Source: Anaerovoracaceae bacterium
GTDB lineage: Bacteria; Bacillota; Clostridia; Oscillospirales; Acutalibacteraceae
NCBI GenBank assembly: GCA_963590415.1
Contig: CAVAPB010000002.1
Span: 23,665-87,664 of the forward strand
Length of the DNA: 64,000 bases
Direction of reading: 5' to 3'
Below the pieces are notes generated by a model. That model was not told where the DNA came from and ran no database searches. It was given only the letters and a program-made list of their open reading frames with translations. The first letter of the stretch is position 1. Each line of letters starts with the position of its first letter. The position numbers and the translations under genes were made by a program. Positions 58,374 through 64,000 of the stretch are shown in pieces.

Positions 58374-59467
58374 TGATTCAGCAGCCCGACAGAAAAATTA
58401 TTTTGGAAAACGGTTCGCAATATCTCGGAGTGGGCTTTGCAGACAAAAGCGACAAGGTGGTGGAAATCGTTTTCAACACCTCAATGGTAGGCTATCAGGA
58501 AATACTCTCCGACCCGTCATATACCGACCAGGGCGTTGTGTTTACATATCCGCTTATCGGAAACTACGGTATGGCTGACGACGACTACGAAACCGAAACG
58601 CCCACAGTCAGCGCCCTGATCGTCAGAGAATATAACCACGACCCGTCCAATTTCAGAAGCACTGCAACTCTTGAAGATGTTATGTTAAGATACGGCATAG
58701 CCGGCATCTCTCAAATCGACACAAGGAAGCTTACCCGTGAAATCAGAAACTTCGGCAGCTGCAAAGCACTTTTGACATCTGCCGACACCTCGGTTGAGGA
58801 CGGTTTAAAAATCCTCGCTGATACAAATATGCCGCACGACGCAGTAAGCCGTGTAAGCAGGAAAAAGATTACGCCGTACAATGTCGAAAACGCAAGATTT
58901 AATATCGTGGCTATCGACTGCGGAATGAAACAGAATATCGTAAGAGAGCTTAACAGAGTCGGCTGCAGTGTAACAGTCGTACCGTACAATACCGACAGCG
59001 AAGCAATTAAAGCGCTTTCGCCCGACGGTGTATTTATTTCAAACGGTCCCGGCGACCCCACAGATGTTCCCGAGGTTATAAACACAATTAAAAATCTGCG
59101 CGGCTTCTGCCCGATATTCGGCATATGCCTCGGTCATCAGATAATTTCCCTCGCCTACGGAGCAAAGACATATAAGCTGAAATTCGGCCACAGAGGCGGT
59201 AACCACCCCGTAAGAAATCTTTTGACCGACAGAGTGGAAATAACCTCACAGAACCATTCCTATGCCGTTGAAACCGACAGCGTAAAGGACACGGAGCTTA
59301 CCGTAACGCACATCAATCTTCTCGACAACACCGTTGAGGGCGTTGAGTGCAAAAAGGACAAGGTGTTCGGCGTGCAGTACCACCCCGAAAGCGCACCGGG
59401 TCCGCAGGACAGCGCATACCTGTTCGACAGATTTATAGCTTTAATGGAGGAAAGCCGAAATGCCTAA
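58373..59467 (+). CDS. carA: Carbamoyl-phosphate synthase small (glutaminase) subunit
   Basis: GICLGHQ and QYHPES triad motifs. The ATG overlaps the pyrG stop (TAATG). Confidence 0.95.
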
Positions 59468-62400
59468 GAGAAAAGATATAAACAAAATTCTTGTAATCGG
59501 CTCGGGTCCCATCGTTATCGGACAGGCTGCCGAGTTCGACTATGCGGGCACGCAGGCTTGCCTTGCGCTTAAAGAAGAGGGCTACGAGGTTATCCTCTGC
59601 AACTCAAATCCCGCAACAATTATGACCGACCCCGCAATCGCAGACAAGGTCTATATGGAGCCGCTTACTCTCGAATATATCGCAAAAATCGTCCGTAAAG
59701 AGCGCCCCGACGCTATCTTGCCCGGTATCGGCGGTCAGACGGGTCTTAACCTTGCCATGCAGCTTGAAGAAAAAGGCGTGCTTCGTGAGTGCAATGTCGA
59801 ACTGCTCGGCACAAAGAGCGAAAGCATTAAAAGAGCCGAGGACAGAGAGCTTTTCAAGGAACTTTGCCTTGATATAGGCGAGCCTATACTTCCCTCTGAA
59901 ATTGCAAACACAGAGGAAGAGGGCTTCAAAGTTGCGGAAGAAATCGGCTATCCCGTAGTTTTGCGCCCTGCATTTACTCTCGGCGGAACGGGCGGCGGCT
60001 TTGCCGAAAACAGAGAGGAATTTGCGGAGCTTATCAAAAATGCGCTCACACTTTCCCCCGTTCATCAGGTCCTTATTGAAAAGAGCGTAAAGGGTTATAA
60101 AGAAATCGAATACGAGGTTATCCGTGACTCTGCGGACACCGCAATCACTGTTTGTAATATGGAAAATATCGACCCCGTCGGCATACACACGGGCGACTCA
60201 ATTGTCGTTTGCCCCTCGCAGACGCTTACGAACAAGGAATACCATATGCTGCGTGACAGCGCACTAAAAATAATAAGAGCGTTGAAAATCGAGGGCGGCT
60301 GCAATGTTCAGTTTGCGCTTGACCCGAAATCGTTCCAATATTATCTTATTGAGGTAAACCCGAGAGTTTCCCGTTCTTCGGCTCTCGCTTCAAAGGCAAG
60401 CGGTTATCCGATTGCAAGGGTTTCGGCTAAAATCAGCGTAGGTCTGCGCCTTGACGAAATTCATCTTGCAAATACACTCGCATCCTTTGAGCCGACGCTT
60501 GACTATGTTGTTACAAAAATGCCCCGCTTCCCGTTTGACAAATTTGCGGACGCAAACAATTCCTTAAGCACACAGATGAAAGCTACGGGCGAGGTTATGA
60601 GCGTTGGCAGAACGATTGAGGAAAGCCTGTTAAAAGCAGTTCGTTCGCTTGAAATCGGCGCATATCATCTTCACATAGCAAAGTTTGACGAAAGCTCCAC
60701 GGAGGAGTTGTGCGAATACATCAAAATCGGTACTGACGACAGGATTTTTGCTATTGCAGAGCTCCTGAGAAGAAATATATCGGTTGACGAATTAAATTTG
60801 CTTACAAAAATCGACCTTTTATTCCTGCGAAAATTCAGAAATATTATTGAAATTGAAAGGGAATTAAAGGCTGACAAAGAAAGTATTGACTATCTTAAAT
60901 ATGCAAAGAAAAACGGATTTTCCGATATTGAAATTGCTTATCTTTGGAATAAAACTCCGAGAGAAATTTTTGAAATGCGTAAGAAAAACGGCATAATGCC
61001 GACTTATAAGATGATAGACACCTGCGCTTCGGAGTTTAAGAGCTATGTGCCCTATTTCTACTCAACCTATGAAGACGAAAACGAATCCGTTGTATCTGAC
61101 CGTAAAAAGATAATTGTTCTCGGTTCCGGACCAATTCGTATCGGTCAGGGCGTTGAATTCGACTACTCTACCGTTCATGCCGTTAAAACCATCAAAGAGG
61201 CGGGCTATGAGGCTATTATCATAAACAACAACCCCGAAACTGTTTCAACCGACTATACCACCTCCGATAAGCTCTATTTTGAGCCCTTGTGTGTTGAGGA
61301 TGTAATGAACATCATAACCCTTGAAAATGCCGATGGCGTTGTTGTTTCTCTCGGCGGTCAGACTGCTGTAAACCTTGCTGAGCCGCTCAACGAATACGGC
61401 GTTAAGCTTATCGGAACGGACTGTGCCGCAATAGAAAAGGCTGAAAACAGAGATTCGTTTGAAAAACTGCTTGTTGAACTCGGTATTCCACAGCCCAAGG
61501 GTTGTGCAGTTACAAATATTGAGGACGGTATCCGTGCCGCAGAGGAAATCGGATATCCGGTGCTTGTGCGCCCGTCATTTGTTCTCGGCGGCAGAGCAAT
61601 GCAGATAGTCGCAAAGGAAGCTGACCTCCGCCATTACCTTAAAACGGCTGTTGAAATTGATGTGGACAAGCCCGTATTGGTTGACAAATATATCAAGGGC
61701 AAGGAACTTGAGGTTGACGCAATCTGCGACGGACGGGATGTGTTCATTCCCGGAATTATGGAGCTTGTCGAAAGAACGGGCGTTCATTCCGGCGACTCCA
61801 TGAGCGTATATCCGACCTTCAGCGTATCAAACAAAGTTAAGGGCACAATCCTTGACTACGCAAAGAAATTAGGCTTGGGAATAGGAATTGTCGGACTTTA
61901 TAACATTCAGTTTATTGTTGATGAAAACGAAGATGTATATATAATCGAAGTAAATCCCCGTTCGTCAAGAACAGTTCCGTTCCTTTCAAAATCCACTGGT
62001 TATTCGCTTGCCGACATCGCGACATATGCAATTCTCGGCGTAAGCTTAAAAGAACAGGGTATTTTCAATCTCTATCCTGAGGAGAAAAAGCGTTGGTATG
62101 TCAAATCCCCCGCCTTTTCGTTCTCAAAGCTCCGCGGTATGGACGCATATCTCTCCCCCGAAATGAAATCAACGGGCGAGGCTATCGGTTACGATGATAA
62201 GCTTCACAGAGCTATGTATAAGTCGCTTATCGCTTCCGGACTTAAGCTTCAGAACTACGGTACGGTTATCGTTACTCTTGCCGATGAGGACAAGGAAGAG
62301 GCTCTTCCGCTTGTTAAACGCTTCTACGATATGGGCTTTAATATTGAAGCAACCATAGGTACGGCAGATTTCTTAAAGGCTCACGGTATCAGGACAAGAG

Positions 62401-62639
62401 TTCGCAGAAAATTGAGTGAGGGCAGCACGGAAATCCTTGAAGCTATCAGAGCGGGATATGTAAGCTATGTTATCAACACAAGAGCTATACTTTCGGGCAT
62501 ACACTATGAGGACGGCGTTGCGATAAGAAACTGTGCCGTTGAAAACGGAGTTACCACCTTTACTTCGCTTGATACTGTAAAGGTTCTGCTTGATGTGCTT
62601 GAAGAGATAACAATGGGTATTTCAACTATCGACTCTTAA
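59460..62639 (+). CDS. carB: Carbamoyl-phosphate synthase large subunit
   Basis: 1059 aa with duplicated ATP-grasp halves ([19 protein letters not shown] and [17 protein letters not shown]) and a C-terminal MGS-like domain. The start overlaps carA by 8 nt. Confidence 0.97.
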   Translation: MPKRKDINKILVIGSGPIVIGQAAEFDYAGTQACLALKEEGYEVILCNSNPATIMTDPAIADKVYMEPLTLEYIAKIVRKERPDAILPGIGGQTGLNLAMQLEEKGVLRECNVELLGTKSESIKRAEDRELFKELCLDIGEPILPSEIANTEEEGFKVAEEIGYPVVLRPAFTLGGTGGGFAENREEFAELIKNALTLSPVHQVLIEKSVKGYKEIEYEVIRDSADTAITVCNMENIDPVGIHTGDSIVVCPSQTLTNKEYHMLRDSALKIIRALKIEGGCNVQFALDPKSFQYYLIEVNPRVSRSSALASKASGYPIARVSAKISVGLRLDEIHLANTLASFEPTLDYVVTKMPRFPFDKFADANNSLSTQMKATGEVMSVGRTIEESLLKAVRSLEIGAYHLHIAKFDESSTEELCEYIKIGTDDRIFAIAELLRRNISVDELNLLTKIDLLFLRKFRNIIEIERELKADKESIDYLKYAKKNGFSDIEIAYLWNKTPREIFEMRKKNGIMPTYKMIDTCASEFKSYVPYFYSTYEDENESVVSDRKKIIVLGSGPIRIGQGVEFDYSTVHAVKTIKEAGYEAIIINNNPETVSTDYTTSDKLYFEPLCVEDVMNIITLENADGVVVSLGGQTAVNLAEPLNEYGVKLIGTDCAAIEKAENRDSFEKLLVELGIPQPKGCAVTNIEDGIRAAEEIGYPVLVRPSFVLGGRAMQIVAKEADLRHYLKTAVEIDVDKPVLVDKYIKGKELEVDAICDGRDVFIPGIMELVERTGVHSGDSMSVYPTFSVSNKVKGTILDYAKKLGLGIGIVGLYNIQFIVDENEDVYIIEVNPRSSRTVPFLSKSTGYSLADIATYAILGVSLKEQGIFNLYPEEKKRWYVKSPAFSFSKLRGMDAYLSPEMKSTGEAIGYDDKLHRAMYKSLIASGLKLQNYGTVIVTLADEDKEEALPLVKRFYDMGFNIEATIGTADFLKAHGIRTRVRRKLSEGSTEILEAIRAGYVSYVINTRAILSGIHYEDGVAIRNCAVENGVTTFTSLDTVKVLLDVLEEITMGISTIDS

Positions 62640-62678
62640 TTCGTACGCAAGATACTAAAATTTAATTAAACATACTGA

Positions 62679-62727
62679 AAAGCGACTGCGTTCAAACCGT
62701 AAGGTTATAAAAATGCTGTCGCTTTTT
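62679..62727 (+). terminator. Putative terminator after carB
   Basis: AAAGCGAC pairs with GTCGCTTT across a 31-nt loop that has an inner AACC/GGTT hairpin. TTG follows. Confidence 0.4.
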
Positions 62728-62772
62728 GCTGTGTAATTCGCTTTTGAAAAAAATTACTACTCTTCTTACGGC

Positions 62773-62804
62773 ACAAAAAAGGCGCTATCTTACGATAACG
62801 CCTT
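62773..62804 (-). terminator. Intrinsic terminator of the minus-strand epimerase-like gene
   Basis: On the minus strand, AAGGCGTTATC-gtaa-GATAGCGCCTT is followed by TTTTTTG. Confidence 0.6.
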
Positions 62805-62824
62805 AATTATTGTGTCAAGTAAAA

Positions 62825-63850
62825 TTATTCGCCCTTCATATCAAGGAGCTTAACTTTACCGTCGAAAGCAGCCTGAGAAACCTTGATGGAGTCTGTGATA
62901 GCAGCTTTGATATCGTCCTCTTCCACGCCCAATTCAAGGCAATATTTCTTGTCAATGAAGAGGTTGTAGTCCATAATATCGGGAAGCTGCATCGGATCCA
63001 TGCCCGACTCAATACCTCTCTTCTTATAGTCCTTAACAATCTTGCCCATACCCATTCTCATCATCCAGGGAGCAACCGTAACGACCTTTCTTCCGTGCAT
63101 TCCTCTTGCATCAAATACGATAGCGAGGAACTCGGGCCATGTCATATTATACATTCCTATCGGAAGAGCCTCAAAGCCGGTCTTGCCAGCCTTGTTTTCA
63201 GCAGCACCTGCGATAACCTGACCTACCTGACGGCAAGTAAGCATAGCGGTTCCGCCCTTAGGATACATTGTGAAAGGCCATTTGTCCATAAATTCAATCT
63301 GCTCGATAAGAACAGTCCAAACGGGCTTTCTGCCGGGCTGTGTGCCGAAAATGTAAGGAAGCTCAAGAACGCAAGCCGAGAAATTTTCATCGCAAGCGTC
63401 TTCGCAGACCTTTTCCTGAATCATTCTTGACTTCATATATGGGTTTCTCTCTTCAAGCTTCATTTCAGGTCTTATCTTGTTAAGATATGAGAAGTAAGAG
63501 CCGAGAACAACAGCCCTCTTTACGCCTGCCTTTTTGCAGAGCGGGAAAATTCTCTCAAGCGGAGCAATGTTGAACTTGTAATAGTAATCCATTACAGGAT
63601 GCGGGAACTCAACTCTCTCGTCAACACCCGCAGCAAAGATGAAAACATCGGAACCCTCAAGCATCTTTTCGATTTCTTCGTCCGACTTTTTGTTAATGTC
63701 GCCGAAAACGATTTCCATTTCCTTGGGGATAGGTGCGCCCTCCGGAAGAGGCGGAAGCGCAACGCTTGTTACCTGGTGGCCTCTTTTAATAAGAGTGGTT
63801 GCAGCTTCGCAACCGAGAAGACCTGTGCCACCGATCATAAATACTTTCAT
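62825..63850 (-). CDS. NAD-dependent epimerase/dehydratase family (extended SDR) protein
   Basis: 341 aa with an N-terminal MKVFMIGGTGLLG Rossmann motif. Confidence 0.8.
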   Translation of the reverse strand: MKVFMIGGTGLLGCEAATTLIKRGHQVTSVALPPLPEGAPIPKEMEIVFGDINKKSDEEIEKMLEGSDVFIFAAGVDERVEFPHPVMDYYYKFNIAPLERIFPLCKKAGVKRAVVLGSYFSYLNKIRPEMKLEERNPYMKSRMIQEKVCEDACDENFSACVLELPYIFGTQPGRKPVWTVLIEQIEFMDKWPFTMYPKGGTAMLTCRQVGQVIAGAAENKAGKTGFEALPIGMYNMTWPEFLAIVFDARGMHGRKVVTVAPWMMRMGMGKIVKDYKKRGIESGMDPMQLPDIMDYNLFIDKKYCLELGVEEDDIKAAITDSIKVSQAAFDGKVKLLDMKGE

Positions 63851-63895
63851 AGTGGACCTCCAATATGTTTTACGGGCAATGCCCGATAGTTTAAC

Positions 63896-64000
63896 TTAAT
63901 CTTTGAATACGGGATCAAAAAGCGGAAGCTTTGAAGCCTTCATAACGGCGGAGAAAAGTCTGCCGCCCTGAACAGGCATAATTCTTCCGAAATAGTTCAT
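63896..64000 (-). CDS. Partial CDS (C-terminal 34 aa of a protein continuing past window end), unknown function
   Basis: My translation of the minus strand is ...NYFGRIMPVQGGRLFSAVMKASKLPLFDPVFKD followed by a stop at 63898..63896. It is co-oriented with and 45 nt upstream of the epimerase-like gene. It is too short to assign. Confidence 0.3.
   Translation of the reverse strand: MNYFGRIMPVQGGRLFSAVMKASKLPLFDPVFKD

Overview
This is a gene-dense 64-kb chromosomal segment that reads like a spore-forming Clostridia genome. Gene content suggests Oscillospiraceae/Ruminococcaceae (inference), with GC in the mid-40s % by eye. I can support about 60 CDS, one tRNA (initiator tRNA-Met), and a set of intrinsic terminators, sigmaA-type promoters and candidate operators. 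I see no rRNA, CRISPR array, transposase, integrase or phage genes, and no recognisable defence or biosynthetic cluster.

Most genes are housekeeping:
- c-di-AMP module: cdaA-cdaR-DUF1385-prmC.
- Long minus-strand operon: rpiR-flavoprotein-cmk-plsC-ispH::S1.
- tRNA modification: mtaB, tcdA, tmcAL.
- Sporulation: sigG and a SPOCS/LysM coat-assembly-like gene.
- Central and sugar metabolism: ackA, folC, a GH27 alpha-galactosidase, a GH38 alpha-mannosidase and a GPH sugar symporter.
- Copper homeostasis: csoR-copA.
- Redox: desulfoferrodoxin-marR-tauE and an Fe-alcohol dehydrogenase.
- Nitrogen and nucleotide block: glnN(type III)-purF-pyrG-carA-carB.

I did not find a convincing novel multi-gene system. 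The best leads are:
1. The glutamine-centred gene block and the unclassified double-hairpin leader upstream of glnN.
2. A small accessory stretch at 36.0-41.3 kb. It holds a poly-Ser membrane protein, an SDR fused to a zinc ribbon, a cohesin-like/SLH surface anchor, a stand-alone PAS protein, and a very AT-rich orphan gene next to the initiator tRNA.
3. A CopA with an in-frame C-terminal CopZ-like domain preceded by its own Shine-Dalgarno and ATG.

All functional calls come from reading the supplied translations and motifs. No database search was run.
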